In this document: in pieces, positions 12,205 to 22,807 of the stretch
Numbering within the stretch: position 1 is the first letter of the stretch
How the letters are laid out: every line of letters begins with the position of its first letter
Origin: Octopus sinensis
Taxonomy: Eukaryota
Direction of reading: 5' to 3'
Assembly (NCBI RefSeq): GCF_006345805.1
Contig: NW_021834739.1
Coordinates: 1-26,844 of the forward strand
Length of the DNA stretch: 26,844 nt
Notes under the pieces: generated by a model
The model's input: the letters and a program-made list of their open reading frames with translations, nothing else
Databases searched by the model: none
Told to the model about the DNA's origin: nothing
Program-made: the position numbers and the translations under genes

Positions 12205-12390
12205 TTTGTGTTCGCCCCCCCCACTTGACAATCGGTATTGGTGTGTTTACGTCCCTGTAATTTAGCGAATCGGCAAAAGCGATCGACAGAATAAATCCAG
12301 GTTTTAAAAAACACTGGGGTCGATTCATTCAACAAAAAATTCTTCAAAATGGTGCCGCAGCATGGCCGCAGTCTAATGATCGACACAAGA
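12205..12390 (+). mobile_element. SINE family A, 3' half
   Basis: Homologous to 5770-5990. Confidence 0.8.
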
Positions 12391-12429
12391 AAAAAAGGAT
12401 TAAAAAAACCCCCCAAAACAAAAACGAAA

Positions 12430-12800
12430 TCAGTCAATAATATTCTCTTTCATTTTTCACGACTTCTTGCCAGTGATCCGTAAACTTCCTAATGTCATGG
12501 CGTTAGAAATCCCTGGATCCTTTATTCGAGGAATTCGTTGTACCACAGTTTCAGCTAAATGTCGCTCTTGAACGAAACACCCCGCAGACGCTTCTAAAGC
12601 AACCAAAAAAAGGCAGTAATCTGAAGGGGGTGTATCGAGAGAATGCGGTGGGTGCGGCAGACCTTCGAAACCGAAATTTCGAATAGCATTTCTGATGGCA
12701 TTAGAAATTTGCCTGTTTTGTTTAGAGCATGTGACATTGTTATGGGAGAATGTTGTACACCCCTACGTGACTGAAAGTGGACTAAACGGATTTGAATAAC
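12430..12800 (-). pseudogene. Decayed mariner transposase, C-terminal catalytic region
   Basis: Manual translation across frameshifts: RRGV..HNN..AIRNFGFEGLPHPPHSLDTPPSDYCLF..LRGVSFKSD..LKLWYNEFLE..DF*RHDIRKFTDHWQEVVKNEREY. This matches the mariner HDNA / HPPYSPDLAPSDY / W..V....GEY motifs. Confidence 0.88.
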
Positions 12801-13470
12801 TAAAGAACTGCATGAACTGTCAGTGGCAGTTGACGGCGTAGAAACAGAGAAGATAGTCAAGTTCAATTAAATGGGAAGAGTGAAAGTACCAACATACATA
12901 TAAGCAGAGGATATGAAGGCGATAGTGATGAAAAAGGAGAACTACAAGAAACTGGAAGAAGTGTGTGGGGATAGTACTGACCCACCAGGAGGGAGGGTGG
13001 AATTCAAAGAATTGCCACCAGTAGTGGATTTAGTAGAAATTGAACCATTGATGAAGGACTACTAAAAAGAAAATAAGTATGTTAAATTGACAGGAAAAAA
13101 AAGAAAGGAAAAAAGAAAAAGGAAAAAAAAGAAAATGGTGGAAAAAAAAGAAAGAGTAAAGTGTTTTATGTTATGTTTTTAAAATATTGAAAAATAGAAG
13201 AACAATTGTAGATGATGTATATAATGGTTCAAATACTTGCAATGGTATGTAACACGATAATTAATTGTTATGTAAATACATGATAAAATGGACTGTAAAA
13301 AGGGTTAATGGTACTGCTTGTGATGAGGGGCGCATGCAGCCATTTATAACCTCATTGTTATATAATCATCTCATTCATATTCGTTTTATGTATTGTCCCC
13401 ACTGTGGTGTCCTGTCTGTTCTTGTTTGTCCCCCTCTATGTTGGGCCCTTGTGGCTAATAAAGAAACAGG
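12800..13470 (+). mobile_element. 3' end of a putative non-LTR retroelement: decayed ORF end plus 3' UTR ending AATAAAGAAA
   Basis: K/E-rich frame ends at TAA 13063-13065 with internal stops at 12868 and 12901; A-rich spacer follows; 13413-13470 matches the SINE-B internal tail; it interrupts the mariner remnant. Confidence 0.6.
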
Positions 13471-13609
13471 CAGTTGATGGCATTGATCGTCTGTATTGGT
13501 TACTGCGTTAGTTTAATATCGTTCCTGCGTTCGATTAGTAAAAAGTGCGTTCTGTGCGAACATAATAATTTTGCGATAAGTTATTCTAGGTAACGAAATT
13601 CAAATATTA

Positions 13610-13825
13610 CGGAGATGTACTTGCATAGCAAGCGACCTGAGTGAGATCGTGTGCTGAAACGAAAAAGTCGCAGCGTGGAAGGTGTTTATAAGCCATTTAA
13701 AAACATACACACACACAAAAAAAAAACCCGTTAGTTTCACTTCAAGATTTAGATTCAGTTTGTGTCAAAATATTTTCGTCGCTTTGAATCCGTGACCCGT
13801 TCACTGACAAAGCTTCGTGCTGCAT
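13610..13825 (-). mobile_element. Short interspersed repeat, same family as 21680-21835 (possibly Penelope-associated)
   Basis: Shared CAGTGA..GGTC.C...GCGACGAA(A)ATATTTTGAC and TTCCAC.CTG...GATCTCA motifs in opposite orientation. Confidence 0.55.
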
Positions 13826-13878
13826 ATTTATTTGGGTAATACTATTCTTACAACCGATGTATACACGCACGTCATAAC

Positions 13879-14050
13879 AGGCACCCATGCACCGAATTTC
13901 TGCACCTTACTCGTCGAGTGAACGTGACAGATATCGGTATCATGAGAGTATCCCTTCTTCTAGTCGAATTCGCTACAATCAGAGTTCTTCAACCATTTTT
14001 CTTCCTATCGACTCCTGTGATTTCTATTCTACCCGAATGTACCCTCATAG
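13879..14050 (-). pseudogene. Decayed mariner transposase, N-terminal HTH/linker region
   Basis: Minus strand gives HSGR...MVEE...GYSHDTDICHVHSTSKVQKFGAWVP, matching the mariner GKV.K.G.WVPHEL motif. Confidence 0.75.
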
Positions 14051-14108
14051 CCATTCGATGTTTCAGAAATTATATTATGTATCTAGAATTAAATATTATT
14101 AGGAACTA

Positions 14109-14300
14109 TTCTTTTACTTGTTTCAGTCATTTGACTGCGGCCATGCTGGAGCACTGCCTTGAAGCGTTCTAGTCGAACAAATCGACCCCTAGGACCTATT
14201 TCCTGCGACTAGTACTTATTCTATCGGTCTCTTCTGCCGAACCGCTAAGTAACGAGGGCGTAAACACACCAACACCGGATGTCAAGTAGTGGTGGGGCGT
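14109..14300 (-). mobile_element. SINE family A, 3' half
   Basis: TTTTACTTGTTTCAGTCATTTGACTGCGGCCATGCTGGAGCAC is the reverse complement of the family-A tail. Confidence 0.88.
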
Positions 14301-14311
14301 GGAAAATACAT

Positions 14312-14312
<1 letters not shown>

Positions 14313-14369
<57 letters not shown>
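14313..14369. repeat. (CA)n microsatellite
   Basis: Directly visible. Confidence 0.97.
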
Positions 14370-14373
<4 letters not shown>

Positions 14374-14394
14374 AAACACACACTCAACACAAAT

Positions 14395-14570
14395 AAACAG
14401 ATAATTTGAATAAACGAATAAAAAAACGAGAAGAAAAACAACGAACGTGACGACGTGTACAAGGAGAGAGTTTGACGTTTCGAGCATAGCGCTTCGTCGG
14501 AAAGGAGAAAAGGAAAAGTCCAAAGAATGAAAAGAAGAAGAAATCGCCAACAGCTCACGTGTGGTCACAT
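14395..14570 (-). mobile_element. Short repeat with hammerhead-like core (Penelope-like terminal-repeat remnant)
   Basis: Minus strand 14500-14473 reads CCGACGA-A-GCGC-TAT-GCTC-GAAA-CGTCA. Confidence 0.55.
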
Positions 14571-14580
14571 TGTAGTTACA

Positions 14581-14686
14581 TTCTTTCAGTTTCTGTCCAC
14601 CAAATCCGCCCACAAGGTTTTGAACGGCCCGAGGCTGAAGTAGAAGATATTTACCCAAAATGCTACGCAGTGGGACTGAACCCGGA
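14581..14686 (-). mobile_element. SINE family A, 5' half (truncated)
   Basis: TTCTTTCAGTTTC...GCAGTGGGACTGAACCCGG is the reverse complement of the family-A head. Confidence 0.85.
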
Positions 14687-14924
14687 AAAAAATTGTTACA
14701 ATATCTTGTGCATTGTAGAAGTAAACCATTTGGAGTCGAAGGGCCATTTGGACCCTGGCTGAGAACCAATGATCAAGGTGGTTAGTGAGGATCCTCGGGG
14801 ATGAGTTCGCTCAATCAGTTCTCATCGAACTGAATAGGCATTAAAGAGAAGAGTGACTGAGGTCGAATTTTCCTTCATTGAAACGGGAAAGTTTGTGAAG
14901 TTCTTTGTCATAGTCCTGTCATAG

Positions 14925-15381
14925 CACTATTGGCTGCTTTTTCTAGCAGGCTCAGCGACTACATAGATGTTCCATCGCCGGGTTATGTAACTATTAATTT
15001 CTGTTGTTGTTGTTGACCAGATATAACCGGATTCCCGGATCGAACAGACGAGATTAAAGCCATTCCAGTCTTGTCCATCTCATCAGTTTTTAGGACGAGT
15101 AGGACTATATGTCAACCTAATGTAGTTCTCCCTGTACTTTAAAGATTTGGTTACTATTTCTAGTAGACCTAGTGACCACATAGGGACTCATACTTTGCTA
15201 TGAAGTGCGTTCAGTTACTGCCGTAATTTAACTACAACTAGTAGTAGTAGTAGTAGTGGTTGTTGTTATTGTTGTTGTTGGTGGTGGTGATTTTGGTACT
15301 GTTGTTTTGTTAGGCCTAAACTTAGATTTGATCAAACAGTCCTATAATCTAAGGCATTCCATCCATGACCATCCTGTCCTT

Positions 15382-15424
<43 letters not shown>

Positions 15425-15540
15425 GACTGCATTAACCAATGTGTCCTTCCTATTTCAGTCGGCAAGGTGTATTCTGAATGAAAATTAGCCTCTGTTTCTT
15501 TTCTATAAAGCAACCGCATAAAGACTCTCGTTCTTTGACT
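14925..15540 (+). repeat. Two to three diverged copies of an old interspersed repeat
   Basis: GATC.AACAG...(G)GCATTCCA..C.TG.CCATC at ~15038 and ~15330 (also ~8606); TTGG.T.CT.TTTCTAG.AG at ~14930 and ~15147. Confidence 0.55.
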
Positions 15541-15617
15541 CGCATAAATACCAGCAATACATGAGGGATTAATCCATCAGTTCATTTTTCTCTTCTCGTT
15601 ATTTCCGGTAGAGTCAA

Positions 15618-15782
15618 GGCGGCGAGCTGGCAGAAATGTTAGCACGCCGGGCAAAATGCTTAGCGGCATTTTGTCCATTTTTACGTTCTGTGTTCAAATT
15701 TCGCCGGCGTCAACTTTACTTTTTATCCATTCGGGGTCGATAAATTAAGTACCAGTTGAGTCTTGTGCCTTTAGTGGAAAGG
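15618..15782 (+). mobile_element. SINE family B monomer with internal deletion
   Basis: GGCGGCGAGCTGGCAGAA head, core TTCGGGGTCGATAAATTAAGTACCAG, tail TTGTGCCT. Confidence 0.9.
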
Positions 15783-15791
15783 ATTGTTTCT

Positions 15792-16003
15792 TATTTCTTT
15801 ACTACCCACATGGGGCTACACACAGAGAGGACAAATAAGGACAGACAAACGGATTAAGTCGATTAACTGTTACTTAATTTATCGACCCCGAAAGGATGAA
15901 AAACAAAGTTGACCTCGGCGGAATTTGAACTCAGAACGTAACGGCAGACGAAATACCGCTAAGCACTTCTCCCAGCGTGCTAACGTTTCTGCCAGCTCGC
16001 CGC
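15792..16003 (-). mobile_element. SINE family B monomer with the GTAAAGAAATA-type tail
   Basis: Close match to 6134-6365. Confidence 0.92.
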
Positions 16004-16034
16004 TTTCTTCTTCAGGATTATTTCTGGTAGGGTC

Positions 16035-16310
16035 CTAGGGTTGGGGACAGAGACCTTGGACACCTCCTCCATAGGATCCTGTTACACTTTGTTGTCGAAT
16101 TCCTAAACATGACCAACCAAAACTGTGGATATCTCCCAACCATCCCAATCTTGGTCTACCGCTAGGTTTTCTACTCGTTTGGCTCAGTTTGAACAATCCA
16201 TCTTGCGATTCTTTCCTGCCGCATCCTAATCGAATATCCGTAGTACCAAACCGGAGCTGCGATCCCTCGATGCGGAGAAGTTGTGGTTCGATCTAGAGAG
16301 ACTCCCTGAT
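16035..16310 (-). pseudogene. RTE-clade LINE ORF C-terminal fragment
   Basis: Minus strand across frameshifts: IRESL*IEPQLLRIEGSQLR.WYYGYSIRMRQERIARWIVQTEP..RKPSGRPRLGWLGDIHSFGWSCLGI, matching the RTE QLRW.GH..RM...R.RGRP..RW.D motif. Confidence 0.88.
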
Positions 16311-16771
16311 CTTCCTGAGAAGGGTTTATTTAAATTGACTGTAATGTATTCCTACTCCCCATCCCGTTCATTTTTGACAAATGTTTGACTTTGTACCTTG
16401 GCCAAAACAACAACAACAACAACACCAAAAATACAAAACATACATAAAACCCCCAAATAAAATTAAAATAAAAAAAAATGAAAAACAATACCCAAACAAC
16501 CATCTTCCGCGCCAAAAAACCTCCAAAATGCAGAACAAAAGCAAATAGAAAATTGAATCAATCTATTTGCCTTCTTTGACGGCGCTTTTAATTATTAATT
16601 CAATAATAATTACAACAATAACAACAACAAAAAAAGAATAACAATAATATTTAATTATTAATTCAGCAACAACAACAACCACCACCAGAAAAGTGTCGGA
16701 ACAATACACATTAATTGTCAGCATTAACATCAACGAGGTCAACAGTCATTGGCCACGAAAACAACACCAGG

Positions 16772-16829
16772 AATAATAATGATAATAATAATAATAACAA
16801 CAACAATAATAATAACGATAATAATAATG

Positions 16830-16872
<43 letters not shown>

Positions 16873-17161
16873 CAATAATAATAATAATAATAATAATAAT
16901 ACTAATGATGATGATGGTGGAGGTTGTAGTTGAGGGTGGTGATAGTAATGACAACGACGACGATTATAAATAATGGAAATATTAGCTGCAACAACCGTAA
17001 CAGCAATAAGAACAATAAAAACAGCAAGGTCATCATCATCATCGTCATCAACATCACCATCACCATCACCATCATCATCATCATCATCTTCATCGTCGTC
17101 GTCGTCGTAATCAACATCACCATCATCATCATCATCGTCGTCGTCGTCGTCGTCGTCGTCG

Positions 17162-17211
<50 letters not shown>

Positions 17212-17230
17212 AGCAACAACAACAACAACA
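16772..17230. repeat. (AAT)n followed by compound (CAT)/(CGT)/(CAG)/(AAC) microsatellites
   Basis: Directly visible. Confidence 0.95.
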
Positions 17231-17459
17231 TCTACATGAATAATGAATTAATCAGCCTCCGTGATGTATCTCGACCCGTTGAAAATAACAGCCAAATTAC
17301 CCTCAGCTTTTATTCTAACATCTTTATAAAAGCGCTTAGGGTGGAGATGGGGGTGAGGGTGGGGTGGACACATCGGTTGCTGAATAAAAGACAGGGTGGT
17401 CATATTCTGGAACCGCTTTGATTGTAGGACAACACTCGTAAGGAAGCTGGCCTGGCCGT

Positions 17460-17619
17460 TGACAACAGCAAGAACAGCAACAACAATGACAAAAGCAACG
17501 ACAACAACAACAGCAGCAGCAGCAGCAGCGACATCATTAAAACAAGACCAAAATTAAGTCGAGCGTTTTTAGAAGAATGGCTTATGACAAGAACTTTGAC
17601 AACAACAACAACAACGTCA

Positions 17620-17650
<31 letters not shown>

Positions 17651-18015
17651 CAACAACATCATCATCATTATCATCAACACCTCCTCCTCCTCCTCCTCAT
17701 TATCATAATCATCATCATCATCATCATCATCGTTGTCGTGGTCATCACCACCACCACCATCATTATCCTCCCCTCCTCCTCCTCTGCCACATCATCATCT
17801 TCATTGTCGTTGTCGTCATCGTCGTCGTCGTCACCATCATAATCATCATCATCATCATCCTCATCATCATCAACAACAACAGCAGGAGCAGCGTCGGCGT
17901 CTGCGGCGGCGGCTCCAACTGCAGTTATAAACACCAGAAGCAATAATGACGACATTAAAAGTTAAACATCAATAGAGTAGCCATTGCTACAGAAATAACA
18001 ACAACAACAACATTA

Positions 18016-18052
<37 letters not shown>

Positions 18053-18253
18053 TAACTACTACTACTACTACTACTACAATCACAGTAATACCGATAACAA
18101 CAACAAGAGCAATAATGGCGACAGTAACACTGGCATCAATATAGTCGGACGTTGCCACAAAAACCGACAGCAACTACTACTACTGCTACTACTACTAGTA
18201 CTACTACTACTAGTACTACTACCACTACTACTACTACCACCACAACCACCACA

Positions 18254-18300
<47 letters not shown>

Positions 18301-18365
18301 AGCTGCTGCTGCCAGTTCTAGTACCATCTTCAGCTATACTACCGCCGCAACGATGACAACAACAA
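17460..18365. repeat. Compound trinucleotide tracts: (AAC)/(CAG), (CAT)/(CCT), (ACT)n
   Basis: Directly visible. Confidence 0.93.
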
Positions 18366-18459
18366 CAGCAACGTGAAATCAATATTGTAACAAAGAGTGT
18401 GAAACGTTACTAATACAGGTCAGAAAGAAAATAAATAAAAAAGAAACAACTTTAATCAA

Positions 18460-18641
18460 TATCATCATCATCATCATCATCGTCATCATGACAGACTCAG
18501 CCACCACCACCACCAACAACAACAACTATTACTACAACAACAACATCACCGTCGCTGCCGTCGTTGTTGTCAACGTCATCATCATCATTACTATCTTCAC
18601 CATAATCATCAATGCCACCACCACCAACCACCACCACCACC

Positions 18642-18675
<34 letters not shown>

Positions 18676-19300
18676 TCAACAACAACAACGGCAACACTGC
18701 CATCCTCGCCGTCGTCATCATCACTGTCAACGTCATCATTACCATCATCATCACCACCACCACCACCACCATCATCGCCGCCATCGTCATCGTCGTCGTC
18801 AGCATCATTATCTTCATCGTCGTCGTGATCATCATCGTGATCATCATCGTGATCATCATCATCATTGTCATCATCATCATCAGCATCACTATCATCGTCA
18901 TCGTCATCGTCGTCGTCATCATCATCGTGATCATCATCATTGTCATCATCATCATCATTGTCATCATCATCATCAGCATCACTATCATCGTCATCGTCAT
19001 CGTCGTCGTCGTCATCATCGTGATCATCATCATTGTCATCATCATCATCAGCATCACTATCATCGTCATCGTCATCGTCGTCGTCGTCATCATCATCACT
19101 ATCATTGTCATCGTCATCATCATCATCATCATCGCCATCATTATTTTCATCATCTTCCTCTTCAGCGTCATCATCATTATAACCATCCTCGTCGTCTCAT
19201 CATCATCATCATCATCATCATCATCGTCGTCGTCGTCATCGTGTCTACGAACGAACAACAAAGGCCATGAAACAACAACAACAAAAACAACAACAATAAA
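18460..19300. repeat. Long (CAT)/(CGT) tract with higher-order repeats
   Basis: Unit CATTGTCATCATCATCATCAGCATCACTATCATCGTCATCGTCATCGTCGTCGT starts at 18863, 18956 and 19031. Confidence 0.93.
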
Positions 19301-19984
19301 AATGAGCATTAAAAATCATTAACGGTCAGTTATGGCAAGAACATTAAACTATGATTGTGTTACATCTGTCACTAGCACAACTACCACCTATACCACCGCT
19401 ACCACTCACGCTCTTACCACCCGCCCCCACCCGTATTCCCCAACCGCATCCCCACCCGCACCCTCTCCACTACTGTAACTAATATCACCAATACTAACAT
19501 CAATAACAGATATGAGCACCACCTGACCACTCCCCACTCCCTGCCAATACCATTTCCTCTAGTAGCACCACCACCCCACCTATGCCACAACCTCCACCAA
19601 CAGCAAAACATTCAATTCCGCCACCACCACCACTACCACCATCGCCATGTCATGCCGTATGTTCGTTCCGGCTCTTTACGTCCTCCGTTCAAAACCCGCC
19701 CTCGTCATCTTTTGTTTTTCCTTATTTCGAAGTCGATAAAGCAATGTACCAGAAAAATACTGGGGCTGATTTAATCGAATACATTATAGATGGTCAACTT
19801 ATGGCGCATGCTTCAAAAATGCTGAATAAGATGGTTAGAAATGGTTCATTTCACACTCGTCCATAACTGCTCACTCTAAGTATGATACTTGTTTGACCCT
19901 GAGGCGGTAACCCACCCTGGGCCATCGAGGTTTTTTTTTGTCAGTTGGGTTTCAGGCATGTGAGATTTCAGACAAGAGGAAGGA

Positions 19985-20322
19985 ATTTAACTTCATACCA
20001 GGGATCTGATATGAATACCTGTAACAGAATTTATTCCGCTCAAGGTGCCCCAGTTGCCGGGGTCCTTGTGTTAAACCAGTCGATACGTTAAGTCTACCAT
20101 AGCAGGATTTGAACCTAGAACAGTTTGAATCCAGAGCCGGAACAAATACCAAAAGACTGACATTTTTTATGGTTCCACTGCAGTACTTCCCTGTGGGGAT
20201 AGATTATTTTATCGACCCTGAAACCAAGGTTAACCTCTGCAGGATTTGAACTCAAGGCATAGAATCAGAACAAATATCACGAAATAATCTGTCCAATGGT
20301 CGATTCTACCAATTCACTGCCT
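19985..20322 (-). mobile_element. Two old SINE family B remnants
   Basis: CAGGATTTGAAC at ~20103 and ~20240; TTATTTTATCGACCCTGAAA near 20204. Confidence 0.65.
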
Positions 20323-20612
20323 ATACTTTGCAAAGTATAGGCTTATACTCCGTTTATATCTGCCAATTCGTTGTCATCGTCACCACCACCACCACCAACA
20401 ACAACACCACCAACACCACCACCAACATCATCATCTACCAAATGGCCACTTATTCTCTGCCAAGTCGACGCTTATATTCTGATTATATTATGCCAATTAA
20501 CTGCCTATACGCAACCAATTCCTCAGCCTATACTCTACCAATTTGCCGTCTATATTCTACCTATACTCTGTCAAATCACTACTTATTCCCGGCCTGTAGT
20601 TTTCCAATTCGC
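20302..20612. repeat. Degenerate minisatellite built from ~11-bp subunits
   Basis: CCAATT-like anchors at 20309, 20330, 20363, 20438, 20460, 20493, 20515, 20538, 20571, 20604. Confidence 0.75.
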
Positions 20613-21128
20613 AACATTATGCTTTGGTTGTACAGCTCTTCGAAATTTCGGTCTCGTTTTTGTTTCAACAAACACCGCAAGAAAAAAAGAAGCAGAAAGT
20701 AACAGCGAGCAGGAATTCAATAAACAATGGTAAAACGAGTTCTTATTGTGAGTAGTTTCTTCAGGAAAACCGTTGTGGTTCTTTGTGAAAATGGTTTCTC
20801 ACACAAGACGTTGCAGAGCGTAACCACTGGCTTAGTCTTATATAAAGAATAAAAACTGAATTTAGTTCTTGGGTCTGAGGTACGTACGGAAAGGCCACGA
20901 GATTGAGAAAGGGAAGAAATTATAAGAAGGCAAAATATATTTGTAGAAAGAAGTGAAATTTTGGTAATGGAATTTTGGCATTTACAGCGTGGAAGATAAA
21001 TATAAACCGTTTAGGAACAGGCCAAAACTGTTAATTTTATTTCGACGCCTCTGAAAAAAACAAACAAACAAACAAGCAAATATTCGTTTGTTTACATTTA
21101 TATATATATATGGTTGTTTTATAAAGTA

Positions 21129-21367
21129 CAGGATTGACCAAAAGTCACGTGACATTAAATCAAAACTATTTAATTCTAAAACGAAAACAAAAAAATTATT
21201 TCATATGAGACTTCGCTAATAAATAGACAAATGTTGTAAAAAAAAAACGGTGATTTTAATTAACAGCATTCAATTATTAAACATTTCTAATTGGAATGAA
21301 TAAATAAAATTGAATATTGAGTAATTTGGAATTTGATTTACTGTCGGGTGACTTTTGGCCAACCCTG
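21129..21367. mobile_element. Tc1/mariner-type MITE
   Basis: ~36-bp TIRs CAGG(A/G)TTG(A/G)CCAAAAGTCAC..GACA.TAAATCAAA with TA at 21127-21128 and 21368-21369. Confidence 0.88.
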
Positions 21368-21404
21368 TATTTAGCATCTAATTCGGTGGATGAATTTGTC
21401 AGTG

Positions 21405-21475
21405 GGTAGTTTAGCTTAATTGTTAAGCATACAGCCGGACTCTTTGAGGGATATGGGTTCGAGTCCCAAGGATGG
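21405..21475 (+). mobile_element. tRNA-like Pol III head (SINE head or tRNA pseudogene)
   Basis: A-box-like TAGCTTAATTG (~21412) and B-box GGTTCGAGTCC (~21456); no convincing cloverleaf. Confidence 0.55.
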
Positions 21476-21609
21476 TTGTTGATAAGTTTTCCCGCTTTGT
21501 AAAAGTAATTTATCCAGTATTTATGCGGTTCTGACAGCAACTCTGCGTTCGGAAAAAAGACATCATCTTCTTATATGCATCGTACAATGCACATTTCGAT
21601 GCTTCTAAG

Positions 21610-21651
<42 letters not shown>

Positions 21652-21679
21652 ATACCAATTACAAAATGGGAATCACATA

Positions 21680-21835
21680 TTAGCCAGTGACGAGGTCGCA
21701 GACAATGCGACGAATATTTTGACTTGAAATAGTAAATGATTAAGGAAAGTTAAGGTTTTTGTGTTTTTAATAGTTTTATGTGTGTGTTTTCCACACTGGA
21801 GTTTCAACCTACGGTCTCAGATCAAATTATTTCCC
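21680..21835 (+). mobile_element. Diverged copy of the 13610-13825 family
   Basis: GTGACGA-G-GTCGCA-GACAA-TGCGAC-GAATATTTTGAC at 21687 onward. Confidence 0.55.
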
Positions 21836-22006
21836 CGAGATGGAGAAAATGTTTTATGAAATTGTTTGTGCTTTGGCCCCCAAAACGGAAACCTTTCTCT
21901 AATAAGCAAGAAATTCTGCTTGAATATCGCAAGAAAAATAGTCGGAAGCATTTTTTTCAAAAGAAACAGTGATGAAACGCGAACTCACTCTCCCGCTCCC
22001 TCAGTA

Positions 22007-22090
22007 TCTCTCTGCCTCTCTGTCTCTCTGCCTCTCTGTCTCTCTGCCTCTCTGTCTCTCTGCCTCTCTGTCTCTCTGTCACTCTGTCTC
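22007..22090. repeat. (CTCTCTGC/CTCTCTGT) 8/16-bp repeat
   Basis: Directly visible. Confidence 0.9.
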
Positions 22091-22194
22091 CCTGCAATTG
22101 AAAGACCTTTTCCATGTTAGTATTTCGTTTTCTGCAGCCTTGAACCAATCTACCGAAATGTATGATTTGGATCATTAAAGGATAAGAGAAAATA

Positions 22195-22352
22195 TTGGTT
22201 TCAAATTTTAGTACAAGGCCAGCAATTTTAGTACAAGTCAACCTCAGAGCACAATTGTTACTTATTTTATCGGCTTTCGAAAGAATGAAAGGTAAAGTCG
22301 ACTTTGGCAGAATTTGAACTCAGAACGCGAAATGCTAACGATTCTGCTAGCT
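22195..22352 (-). mobile_element. SINE family B remnant
   Basis: GAATGAAAGGTAAAGTCGACTTTGGCAGAATTTGAACTCAGAACG. Confidence 0.8.
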
Positions 22353-22380
22353 AGCTTCTTTAGTATATGAGACATTACTA

Positions 22381-22789
22381 TTTTCTTCTACAGGATAGGC
22401 ACAAGGCCTGAAATTTTGTGGGAAGGTGCAAGTTGATTATATCAACCCCAGTGCGTAACTGGTACTTATTTGATCGACCCCGAAAGGATGGAAAGACAAA
22501 GTCGACCTCGGCGGAATTTGAACTCAGAACGTAGCGTCAGACGAAATACCTATTTCTATTTCTTTACTACCCAAAGGGGGCTAAACACAGAGAGGACAAA
22601 CAAGGACAGACAAAGGGATTATTAAGTCGATTATATCGACCCAAGTGCATAAAAGGTACTTATTTGATCGACCCCGAAAGGATGAAAGGCAAAGTCGACC
22701 TCGGCGGAATTTGAACTCAGAACGTAGCGGCAGATGAAATACTGCTAAGCATTTCGCCCGGCGTGCTATCGATTCTGCCAGCTCGCCGC
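22381..22789 (-). mobile_element. Dimeric SINE family B
   Basis: Same two-monomer architecture and junction (GACGAAATACC|TATTTC) as 5994-6365. Confidence 0.92.
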
Positions 22790-22807
22790 TTTAATATATG
22801 AGAAATT

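Noticed and set aside
12631-12800. Plus-strand extension of the decayed ORF upstream of 12800
   Set aside because: This stretch is better explained as the antisense of the mariner transposase remnant.
16715-18382. Poly-N/I/M/T/S ORFs
   Set aside because: Trinucleotide microsatellite translations.
20302-20612. CRISPR-like array
   Set aside because: No unique spacers, degenerate units, eukaryotic context, no cas genes.
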